A stretch of DNA of 61,685 bases from Vitrella brassicaformis CCMP3155 (lineage: Eukaryota > Protista > Chromerida), in NCBI GenBank assembly GCA_001179505.1, contig CDMY01000509.1:1-61685 (forward strand), read 5' to 3'. This document shows positions 51,393 to 61,685 of the stretch, piece by piece (the first letter of the stretch is position 1; every line of letters starts with the position of its first letter). The notes beneath the pieces were generated by a model. It was not told where the DNA came from. It did no database searches and saw nothing but the letters and a program-made list of their open reading frames with translations. A program made the translations under genes and the position numbers.

Positions 51393-52426
51393 CCTGGAAG
51401 ACGATCTGTGTGGCGTTGAAGGTGTTATTCTTGACCAGGTACCACGCCTGGGCGCACGTCTGGCCCAGACAGTAATCCGGCACTGACACTGCACACACAC
51501 ACACACACACACATGAATGGTCCGGACACACACACACACCCATTGTGTGACAAACACACCTGTGCTGCCCATGTATCTGGCGGCCGGGAGCAGCACCCTG
51601 TCGAAGCGGTCGGTCAGAAAGAGACCCAGCGCCCTGTCGCTGCCTTCGTCACTCTCGCCCTCACCATCCACTCGCCCTCCCCCGCCCCTCGGACACCCGA
51701 AGCGGCCAACCACAGTCGTGTTGCCGCAGCTGATGCCCCCTACACACACACAAACGGAGAGAGAGAGAGAGGAGAATGAAAGTGTCTGTGTGNNNNNNNN
51801 NNNNNNNNNNNNNNNNNNNNNNNNNNNNNNNNNNNNNNNNNNNNNNNNNNNNNNNNNNNNNNNNNNNNNNNNNNNNNNNNNNNNNNNNNNNNNNNNNNNN
51901 NNNNNNNNNNNNNNNNNNNNNNNNNNNNNNNNNNNNNNNNNNNNNNNNNNNNNNNNNNNNNNNNNNNNNNNNNNNNNNNNNNNNNNNNNNNNNNNNNNNN
52001 NNNNNNNNNNNNNNNNNNNNNNNNNNNNNNNNNNNNNNNNNNNNNNNNNNNNNNNNNNNNNNNNNNNNNNNNNNNNNNNNNNNNNNNNNNNNGTGGGGGG
52101 GGGGGGGGGGGGGGGTTGGCTGACCGCTGTGGTAGGTGAATCGTAGCGCCTGCACTCGTCTGAGGTCGCGGGGTATGCTGAACTGGCCCCTGTCTGACAG
52201 CTCAGCGGCGCCCATACACACCGGGCCGTCACCGTTGAGCTGCACCCACTCTGCACATAAACATACATGGATCACCGATAGGCGTGAGTGTGTGAGTGTG
52301 TGTGCGTGTGGCTGGTCACTCACCTGCTTCCCCCAGGAATGCCGCTGCGCCATTGGCAAGCAGCATTATCAGGACGGCAGCAAGAGCACATGCGTGGCAA
52401 AAGCTGTTGTAGCTGTTGTAGCTCAT
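43516..52426 (-). CDS. Large type-I membrane surface protein: signal peptide, five ~150-aa repeated domains, four sushi-like and several small Cys-knot modules, TM helix, cytoplasmic tail
   Basis: Start MSYNSYNSFCHACALAAVLIMLLANGAAA (52426). Repeats begin WVQLNGDGPVC, WQKVNRDGPVC, WVRLNGNGPVC, WVQLNAHGEVC, WLQLNNQGPVC. TM segment WLFLLYGALGGGALVFAMSLLWCCVC. Ends ..TTSWGAEE* at 43516. Confidence 0.85.
51793..52092. other. Assembly gap (300 N) inside an intron of the surface-protein gene
   Basis: Run of N. The flanking exons (..TYHSG | GISC..) join without an obvious missing piece. Confidence 1.
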
Positions 52427-53304
52427 CTCTCCTCGAGCCTCCTTCACACGCACAAACGTTCTCTGCTCCCTCTCTCTCCCAAGCGCCAGCCTTGAGTCAG
52501 TCAGTCAGCCGAGGTAATACCTAATGCATCACCTCACCGGCGCGAACGAACACATCGATGACATCACAATCGCAGCCGAGCCGATGGGAGCACTCTTGAA
52601 TCCTGCTGGTATTGTGCACTGCACAGAGCCGATTGCGGTGCGGCTGCTTCAACTCATCAATGCATCCGCTCTTCGTTCTCTAACGCTCAAGAGATCTGCG
52701 AGGTTTGCGAACCCCTCACCCGAACCCTAGTGTGAGTGACGAATGCGACAATTTCACGTGTGACATTTTACAGGGAGGACATTTGCAGTCAGTGTGTGTG
52801 TATGTCTCTGTCGGTCTGCTGACGTGCGCACACACGTACGTAACTATACACTGACTGCATATGGACCTGGCTGCATCCACAAACAGCCACGACGCGGTCC
52901 CCTCGCTCCCCTCCCTCCCCCACTCACACACAATGGCTTGCCTACCTTACCCGACACACAGTCACAGTAGTCAGGATGAAAAATGGCATGGCACGGCACT
53001 CACGCACACAACACATGCCATTGGCTGGCTGCCCTGTACACGGGGATGGGGTGGAGGGACACAGGCATGTTGCCACGCACACACACATGTGGGTGCAGTG
53101 GGGGCTTGGGTGGGGTCGGTGGTGAGTGAGTCAACAGACAGCTCACACGTGTGCAGCAAACTGACAAACGACAAAGGAACTCGGGACCGGCGCTGATTGA
53201 CTGACTCATTGCAGTGGTGCACTGACGCACACTCATCGTTCCCTCCCTCCCTCCCTCCCAGGCCCACCTCTCCCTGCAGGCCAGGCCCTGCAGTGACTTA
53301 AAAG

Positions 53305-55992
53305 TCACTGCAGCACGGCCCTGTCAAACAACTCACACACAAACTCCTGGATCAGCTTGTCAAGCCCCAGGTCCCCCTCCCCCTCCCTCTCCGGCCCTCT
53401 AATCGTGTGGCCCCCTCTGTTTGTCTCCTCACACACCACACCAGGGTCCGATTGCACCGAGTGAGTCGACCGGGCCGGTGACGCCTCACCACTGCCGGCC
53501 TGCTGATACTCCTGCTGCTCCTCTGAGGTCCGTTGGTGGTTGTGGTTCTGCGCGCCATTGTCGGTGTCTGCAGCGGTAGTGGCCGACGCGAGCCGCCTCG
53601 GTGGCTGGTCCCGGGCACCGTCCTCGTGGACATCCATCTCGCCGTAGGCGCATTCCAGTTCGAGCAGTGAGGCGACGCTGCTGGCCGGGGTGAGGGTGTG
53701 GTGGTGGGTGTGGGGGTGCAGGTGATGGTGGGGGTGGTGGGGGTGGGTGACGTCCTTCGCAATCGCTTCGATGGCTGCAAGCACTGGGTCTCCGCTGACC
53801 TGCACCGCACAGACAGACAGACAGACAGATGAGTGCACTCATCGGCAGCACAATGGACCTCTTCTCCCCTCCCGCCGTGCCGACCGTCTGCGTCTTTGCG
53901 AGTCGGTCGAAGGCGTCAACAATGGCCTCCAGGCAGCACGACCGCCGTATATACCCTGCAGGCAATAACCGAACACAAACAACACACATCATCATCATCC
54001 ACCCACACCCCCGCGCCACACCACACAGTAGTTCTCGAACGAACGAACGCACCGATAGCATGTCCGCCGTCAATGAGCCTGACGGTGATGCTCCCCCTCT
54101 CCCCGGCTGCCTGTGAGAGGGAGGCGATCATGTCGTTGCCGAACTCGAGCGGCACAAAATGGTCGTTCTTGGCGTTGACGACCGCCACGTGGAGACACCG
54201 TTGGCTGGCCAGGGAAGGTGGGCAGAGCTGCAGGCAGGTGGACACGTTGCCCTCGCCCAGCCAGGCGTGCAAACGGTCCTTGGCTGACTGCTCGTCCGAA
54301 CCGATCTCCTCCTACACACAGAGAGGGAGAGAGCGACACACCGCACCGCATCCAACCACTCGTCTGTCTGCCTGTGCTGCCTCTCCCTCTCACTCACTCA
54401 CTCACCGCGAGAGTTGCCCAGTCGATGCCCTCTCTCAACGCTCCGCTGCTCCACGCGCCTGCAATGATGAGATGAACACCAGACGGATGATGGGTTTTGA
54501 ATTGTGTCGTATTGGTGTTTGTCTCGGTGTGTCTGCAATCTGTACGCATGCTCTCGCCCCCCAAACAGGGCACACAGGCGATGGGGAACTTGCAGATGAT
54601 CGCCCCCACCACGGCGGCCATCCCGCCACCCAATGAGAGGCCAGTAACGCCTAGCCCCACATGGGGACAGCACAGCTCGTCCAGCTCGCGGCGGAAGAAA
54701 CTCATCAAAGCGCAACACTCGCTGCCGACACCGTCACCTATACGAAAAGGGTGAGCGTGGGCAGGGAGAGGGGGCGAGGGTATTGCTTCTGCTTACACCA
54801 GAGCCGTATGTCCGCTGCGTGTTTCATGAAGAAGAGGAGCTGACCCTTCGGCTGCCGCTTGCCTGCAGTGAGTGCAGCACACAAACACAACACAACACAA
54901 CACAACACAACACACCGAATGAGGGGCAGGCCGATTGACAAATGCTGCGTGTCTGTGTGTCTGTCTGTCTGCCGGCATGTCTGACACACCGTAGAATGGC
55001 GCCATGAGGATGATGCTGCCGATGCCGTGCTGCTGCAGCAGCGGCTCCGCCAGCCACTTGCGCCGAAAATAATAAGTCGTGTCGCCAGTACCTGACGCAC
55101 ACACACGACACACAGTGAGTCCATCGATGCTCTGCTGCCGCCGCCGCCACTGTCTCTCTGGTCGACCCACCCACTCACCGGGTATGTGGAAGGCGAGTCC
55201 TCTCATGTCGCCCCCTCTGAAGGCCACCACCGGGTTGGCGTCCGTCCGATGCCGCCCACCTTGCCGACCTATCGAATGCACAAACAGAAAATACGCGTAC
55301 TCGGACCTGCAGACAACACACGCACATCCATCCATCCATCGACCGGCACAGCGCATGTCATGTGGGTGGGGTGTGGTCTGCTCACTCTGGTGGAAGGTAT
55401 TTCGCTATGGGCGATCGGAACCGTCCCTCGTGGCAGACGGTGAGTTCGTCAGTGGTCCAAGTGTTGAGCCACTCGACCTCGATCTCAGGCACACTGCCCT
55501 TCCGCACCAAATCGTTCGACATAGCCCTGCACTCGTTGCTGCCCTCCACATCGCCCCACCCACGCGTGAACTGACACACCACCAATAAACCACACACACA
55601 CAATCACACAGAATCACACAACACAGACAAGACAAGCAGAGGCCAGCATTGACTGGGCTTACGAATCTGAGATTGGTGGCTTTGCAGAAGACAGCGAAGC
55701 TGTGGTCCATAAAGGCCATGGCCTGCGAGAGGGAGCTCATGGCGCCGACCAGCACCCTGCGTACTACAACCAGCAGCGCTTGCTGCGCCGAGAGGAGCAG
55801 ATACCGATACACAGGCGGCGACACCGCACTACGCCACCCAAAGGCAGCCGCTGTGTGCGCGCAGATCCCTCCCTCGCCTCCGTCGCTTCTTAGCGCGCAT
55901 TCGATCGGGGGGAGCCGCGAGGGGGGGAGAGAGGCAGCTTTGGAGCCCTTGAGGGCAGCGGAATAGCGCCTAAGCGATTCGAGGTCATCCAT
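53305..55992 (-). CDS. ABHD18: ABHD18/DUF2048-like alpha/beta hydrolase
   Basis: FTRGWG, EGRFRSP, GTGDTTYYFRRKWLAEPLLQQHGIGSIILMAPFYGKRQPKGQ (ABHD18-type signature), nucleophile GLSLGG, AKNDHFVP, GGH. Confidence 0.82.
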
Positions 55993-56130
55993 TCACCAGT
56001 TGAAGTATATAAGATCCTAGGCGAGTCAAGCGGGTAGCATCCGTTCGTTCTCTCAAGATCTGTCCCTTTGTTATCTATCTGTCCGCGCGCGTGTGTGTGT
56101 GGCACAGCGTCGAGTCGCGGTCAGATCGCC
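55993..56130. promoter_or_regulatory. Putative bidirectional promoter between ABHD18-like gene and DEAH helicase (138 bp)
   Basis: Divergent ATGs at 55992 (-) and 56131 (+). Function is inferred from geometry only. Confidence 0.45.
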
Positions 56131-56996
56131 ATGGACGAGGATCTGTCGATAGATCACAACGAGCAGGTCAGTCACCACACCACACCCACGAACACCACCA
56201 CATCAGCGCATGCACCATCCCATCTGCCCGTTCCATGGACACTGCAGCATGACGACGAGGATGCAGACGGCGTCGCGCCACGGCGGCTCAACCACCACCA
56301 CACCAACGTGAAGCCACCCGACCTGAGTGCCCCAACGCCCGAATCAGACGCAGCAGCCCGGAGGGAGAAGCTGCGCGTCCAGCGTGAGGGCCTCCCGGTG
56401 TGTTCCTACCGTGATCAGATTGTGGGCATGCTGACGTCTTCGCCCGTGGTGATAGTGGTGGGCGAGACGGGCAGCGGCAAGTCGACACAGATCTGCCAGT
56501 ACCTCCAGGACAGTGAGGACTTCAGGACGGCATGCTTCGGGGCGCAACACAAGGTGCGCATTGCACCGCACGTGGGATGGACGGCTGGTGGATCGATGGG
56601 TGCATCCGATGCGTCCGATGGATGCGTCTGTGTGTGTGTGGTGTGTGTGTCAGGATTCCATCCGCATCGCCATCACGCAGCCGCGTCGTGTTGCTGCCGT
56701 CGCCACCGCCAAGCGAGTCGCCGACGAGCGGGGCGGCAAAATCGGTACGCACACCACGGAAGGAAGATGCGCACGTGGATGGGATGTGCGGCTGGTTGGC
56801 TGGCGGCTGCAGGGGGGGAGGTGGCATATTCGATTCGCTTTGACGACACGGCGTCCCCTCGGACCCGCATAAGGTTTCTCACGGACGGGTGTCTGTTGCG
56901 GGAGTGCCTTCACGACCGGCATATCCTCAACTACCAGGTGAGTCCATGCCAGCCATCCATCCATCCATCCATCCTAACACACAAACATCTCTCTCC

Positions 56997-57031
<35 letters not shown>

Positions 57032-59903
57032 TGTGCAGGTGATCATCCTGGATGAGGCGCACGAGCGGTCTGTGAGCACCGACGTGTTGTTCGGCATCAT
57101 CAAGGGCGCCCTGGCCGTCAGGGCAGGCAACCTACGAGTGCTAGTCACCAGGTCGGCACATACACATGACACAAACCAACACGGGACCTTCAAGCAAGTG
57201 TGTGTGTGTGGTCAGTGCGACGCTGAACACGGAGCTGTTCAGCAAGTACTTCGGGAACGCTCCCGTGCTCAACATCCCCGGCAGATGCTACCCCGTCGAC
57301 ATCCACTACTCACCTCTCACAAAAGGAACGCCGCACCACCACCACCACCACCACCAAAGATACACACAACACAGACCAGCACAATGTGTGCGTGTGTTGT
57401 GCGCAGGGGGCACTGCCCGCGTTGAGGCGTGTGTCAACGCCGCTTTGCGTCTGCACATGGAGGAGAACGACCACCCCTGCGCACACATTCTGATCTTCGT
57501 GACGGGGATGGAGGAGTGTGAGCGGGGCTGCACCATGGCATACGACAAGCTACAGGCCCTCATGGAAAGCGGTCAGCCCCCCACCGCCGCCCCGAACACC
57601 CACCACCCACACCACAAACTCGGCTGCAATCCAATCTCTGTGTGTGTGTGCAGGGAGGGAGGTGGGCGACGTGTTGATAGTGCCGCTGTACGGCGCCCTT
57701 GCGTCGGAGGACCAGCATCTCGTCTTTGAGGAGGTCCCGCTGGTGAGTAACTCACTCACCAGTGTGTCTGCTCGTGGATGGATGGCTGGATGTCTGCGTG
57801 TGTTGCGTCAGGACTGCCGCAAGATCGTCTTCGCCACCAACATCGCCGAAACCTCGCTGACTGTGGTAGGTTTGGCAGCGGACCGCACGAAGGCAGCGAC
57901 CGTCTTGTACTCATGTGTGTGTGTTGGTCAAATGTGTCAGGACAACGTCGGGTTCGTCATCGACTCGGGATACGTCAAACAGGCAAGCAAGCACATGAAT
58001 CCAGTGCCAATGCGAGCGGCTTATTGCGCTGCCTCGCTGCATTCTCCCTCCCTCCCTCCCTCCCTCCCTCACCTGACAGAAATCCTACAACGCCAAGACA
58101 GGTCGGCTTAAGGCAGGCAGAGAGATGCGAGTGGGCTCACAAACGACGCAGTGGCATGTTGTGTGTGCGTGTGTGTGTTGGTGGGCAGGGATGGATTTGA
58201 TCCAGACGATGCAGGTGTCCAAGGTGCAGGCCGAGCAGCGCACGGGCAGGGCGGGCAGGACCAAAGCCGGTAAGTAAGCACGGCCAACCAAGCCAACCAA
58301 CACACGACGCACACTTCCCTCTGCTCTCCTCCGCCCAACACACACGCGCAGGCAAGTGCTTCCGCCTCTACAGCATCGACAACTGGAAGCAGTAGCCACC
58401 TCCCCCCACCCACCCACCCACACAGACAGACAGACAGCGACACAGACTCCTCATTGTGTGGTCATCAGTTTCCAGGCGGTGACGACGCCCGAGATCCAGC
58501 GGGTCAACCTGTCGGCGGTGGTGCTGCAGCTAAAATGCATGGGCATCAACGACGTCCTGCACTTCGACTTCCTGGAGCCGCCGTCGACCACCGCCCTGCT
58601 GCTGGCCTACAGGCTGCTGTACTTGCTCAAGGCCATCGACGCGGAGGGGGCGGTGACCACTGAGGGGCAGTTTATGGTCGAGGTGCCTCTGGAGCCGACG
58701 TATGCACGGTGAGTGTGGGTGGATGGATGGATGGATGTGTGTCGCCGAGGGTCGATCGTGTTGTTGGTCTGGCTAGGTGTGTGTTGGCGTCTACGTGGCT
58801 GGACGTGACGGACGAGATGCTCACGCTGGTGGCCATCCTCTCGTCAGAAAACGTGTGGGTGAGACCCTCCAAGCAGAACGAGGCCGCCGTCAACAAGGCC
58901 TCAAGGGCACACAAACAGTGAGTGCTCACCCACCCAAACCGCACACAGAGGAAAGAGAGACAAACAGACCGGCCGCATGTGTTTGTCCGTCTGTAATAAC
59001 TGCACACAGGTTCCATCACGCCACAGGCGACCACCTCTCCCTGCTGACGGTATTCTCCGAGTGGCTCGACAACCGCACCGACCGCCGCCCCGACTGGTGC
59101 AAGTCCCACTTCATCAGCCACCGCTCCCTGCGCATGGCCATGGACATCCGGCGGCAGCTTAGAGAGCAGCTCGACAAGATCCACATTCCACGCAAACCGG
59201 CCGATGATGCCGACAGCCGGCTGGTTGAGGTGCGTCGAGTGCCGACAAGCGAGCGGGTGCGTCGGGCGCTGTGTGCGGGACTGTTCATGCACACGGCGAG
59301 GCGGTCTGAGACGGTGGATGCCTGGGTGAGTGTGGGCGAATCGACGCTGGCAAGGCCCGAGAGGGACAGCGCGCTGGAGGATATGGACCCGCCCCCACAG
59401 TGGCTCATTTACAGCGAGTGAGCAACTGCGTGACTGAATGGATGGATGGATGGATGGGCGGACACACACAACGCACCTCTGTGTGTATGTGTATGTGTGT
59501 GTCTGTCTTTGTGTGGATCAGGTTGTCGGGTCAGAGTGCTGGTGCGGCCATCTTGCGGTGCGTGTCGGTCATCGACAGGGAGTGGGTGGACGAGCTCCTC
59601 AAGCGAATGGACCACGTCGACCTCAAAAAACTTGCAAACTACCACCCAGCCGACAGCACGGCCGATGGGCGAGGCAGGGGCAGGTAGGTACACGCACCTC
59701 AGCACTCAGCACGTGCCTTTGTGCCTAGTCTGTTATTGCATGTGTGTGTGGTGTGGTGTGTTGTGTTGTGTGGGGTGTGCAGGAAACGTGTGCTTGAGAA
59801 GGACCCAGCAGCGCCTGAGGCGGCTGTGTCGACTGAGGAGCAGGGGCAGCGTGTGATGAGTGCTAAGGAGAGATACCTCGCCAGGAAGAAACAGGGCAGC
59901 TGA
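56131..59903 (+). CDS. DEAH-box RNA helicase (DHX40/PRP22-like)
   Basis: GETGSGKSTQ, TQPRRVAA, DEAH (57051-57062), SAT, ILIFVTG, ATNIAETSLT, QRTGRAGRT, followed by HA2 and OB-like regions. Ends RYLARKKQGS*. Exact ortholog not resolved. Confidence 0.92.
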
Positions 59904-60306
59904 GCTGACGTATGCTGAGCTGTGCGTGAATGGATGACGTCGTGTGTAAATGAAGACATTCCCCCATTCAGTCCGACATATGACTGACCAGTCTTCATCC
60001 ATTCGCAACCCCCACCCCCACACACGGACATCACTCATCAACAACACTCATGGATGGATGGATGCAGGGAATCAACACACGAAAAACAAGTGCTCACTCA
60101 TACGTAGAGTAGCTAGGCAAGGCACACGTGATGAGCATGCGAGTCACACGGTGCATCACACTAGGCACAGTGCACGTCACACTCAGGCAGACACAGAGAA
60201 GAAAAAACCTCTGCCTGCCTGTCTGTCTGTCCATCTCCCTCGCACCCTCCTGCTTCAAGAACACATCGACAATGTGCCGAAGGCCCTTAAGCCTACCATA
60301 ATCTTC

Positions 60307-61424
60307 CTATCCACCCCGCCGTAACAGCCTGGCGCCCAGCTGATCCCCAAGCACTCTCATTACAGCGGTGTGCGTGCAGTGGCGCGGGGCCGACTCGGTT
60401 GTATAGATACTAACAGAGCAATCCCACCAATCCCGCCCACGATGCATCTCGATGACTGCCATGTGCCCCTCGCCCATCGCCTCACTCCCAAACACCACCA
60501 GCCGATAATGCCGTCCGTCCTCCCGCTTTTCGTCGAATACGGCCGCCCCCGCCCCCCACTGTGCCGCATCGCTGGGAGAGACCGCCAGCAGCCGACCCAC
60601 ACGCCTACGCCGAGACGCGGCAGACGCAAGAGCACGCCTCTGCCGCCACCCTGGTGACGGGGGAAAGAAGCGGAGGTGCATGGCGTACCAGGATTCGATG
60701 CAATCGATGTGGTTGCTGCGCGCAAGCCAACGGAACACGACGAAGGCCACCATGGTTATGCAGTTGGGGCACGTCCCGTCCAGCTCTGTGGGCGAGTCCG
60801 CGGCATCGAATGCATCATGACGGAAGAGCGGGCTGGCAGAGGTGAGGAGCGCGGAGAGCTGATAGCAAAACGAGTAGGAAAGGATTTTATCGCCGTCCAT
60901 CAGGGCCCTTTGTTGGCCTCTCTGAGTGACAGTGATCCCCCAGATGAGTATCTTCCACTGGCGGACCGCCTCCCTCTCACTCATGAAGGCCGCCCGGCTG
61001 CCGAAGACGCCGAAGGTGTCATCCCCCAGCACCAGCGGCCTCTTGCCTCTCAGCAAATACAGCATCTCCAGCACTGGTTTCCATCTGGCCCAGCTGCCGC
61101 CCCTCTCGAGCATGAACAGCCGGCGGCTGAGCTCTTCTATGAGGGCCCTGGTCAGGGCCACCGTGACGGCCACCCCCTGAGTGAGCTGTGGGATGGGCAC
61201 CTCCACCAACACACCGAGGCCGAGTGACGCCATAACAATAGGGAGCAGACGCTGCAGAATAGGCAGCAGGACGGTGGGCATGAGGGCGCCATGGCGGCTC
61301 TTGTCGATGCGGCGGAAGGCACACAAGTCGGCATAGCTGCTGAGGCATGCAGCGATGGCCGGCGTCACCTCAGCAGGGAGGTCAGCGAACGGAACGCCCT
61401 CTCGCTGACCGCCACCTTTGACCG
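60307..61424 (-). pseudogene. F-box-like lineage-specific paralog of 17880-19184, with mutated splice acceptor
   Basis: Open exon VKGGGQREGVPFADLPAEVTPAIAACLSSYADLCAFRRIDK..RRGG*. The acceptor reads GTGTAA|CGGTC where the paralog has GTGTAG|CGGTC. No first exon is visible in the window. Confidence 0.6.
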
Positions 61425-61458
<34 letters not shown>

Positions 61459-61468
61459 CTACAGGTGT

Positions 61469-61685
61469 ATCATTGTGCCTTTCTGCAGCGAACATGTTGG
61501 GTTAGTGGAGCGAGCGGCACGGAGCCTCAGTGGGAGCGCTGGACCGACCGGTGACGATGCGAACTTCTGGCAGACCTTCCTCCTCCGATACGGTGCCAAG
61601 AGCGGCCGCCTCCGCGCGGCTGTGGCCTCGCTCGTCTCTACCCTGGCCAACACCATCGTCCCATGGGACAACATCAAGGCCCTGC
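61469..61685 (+). mobile_element. 5'-truncated CRE/SLACS-like non-LTR retrotransposon, start of RT domain (runs off window)
   Basis: Frame without a Met: SEHVGLVERAARSLSGSAGPTGDDANFWQTFLLRYGAKSGRLRAAVASLVSTLANTIVPWDNIKAL. This matches my recollection of the CRE-type segment preceding RLIALDKCPGVRPIG. Confidence 0.7.

Larger units (their letters stand above)
11294..61455. repeat. Pervasive intronic compound microsatellites (CA)n(GA)n, (CT)n(GT)n, (CAGA)n, (GGAT)n
   Basis: Present in most introns, e.g. 11306-11380, 23521-23568, 24621-24670, 44718-44766, 56991-57035, 61427-61455. Confidence 0.95.

Noticed and set aside
52093-52115. Long G run as a G-quadruplex element
   Set aside because: It abuts the N gap, so its length is unreliable and it is probably the cause of the assembly break.
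11244-59856. Many short ORFs rich in CVCV, HTHT, LSLS or ERER
   Set aside because: Translations of intronic microsatellites, not proteins.

Overview
Intron-rich, GC-rich eukaryotic DNA. Short introns full of (CA)n/(GA)n/(CT)n/(GT)n microsatellites and the lineage-specific gene families point to the coral-associated chromerid Vitrella brassicaformis or a close relative (inference). No tRNA, rRNA or CRISPR array was recognised. From left to right the window holds: the 3' end of a chromodomain-bearing Ty3/Gypsy LTR retrotransposon; an unknown RG-tailed protein; a tandem triplet of secreted Cys-poor proteins (third copy frameshifted) interleaved with a ~230-bp repeat; a large coiled-coil/helical-repeat protein; two lineage-specific genes (one frameshifted); a NIMA-related kinase head-to-head with an EML/WD40 gene; a BTB-CCCH protein; two class-3 lipase-like paralogs flanking a Cys/Pro-rich membrane protein; a degenerate ~4 kb zone; a ~9 kb gene for a type-I surface protein with five copies of a domain I recall from anthozoan (coral/anemone) proteins; an ABHD18-like hydrolase head-to-head with a DEAH helicase; and an F-box-like paralog with a broken splice acceptor next to a CRE-like non-LTR RT fragment. 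Exons were assembled by eye, so boundaries of the multi-exon genes are approximate. There are two 300-N assembly gaps.
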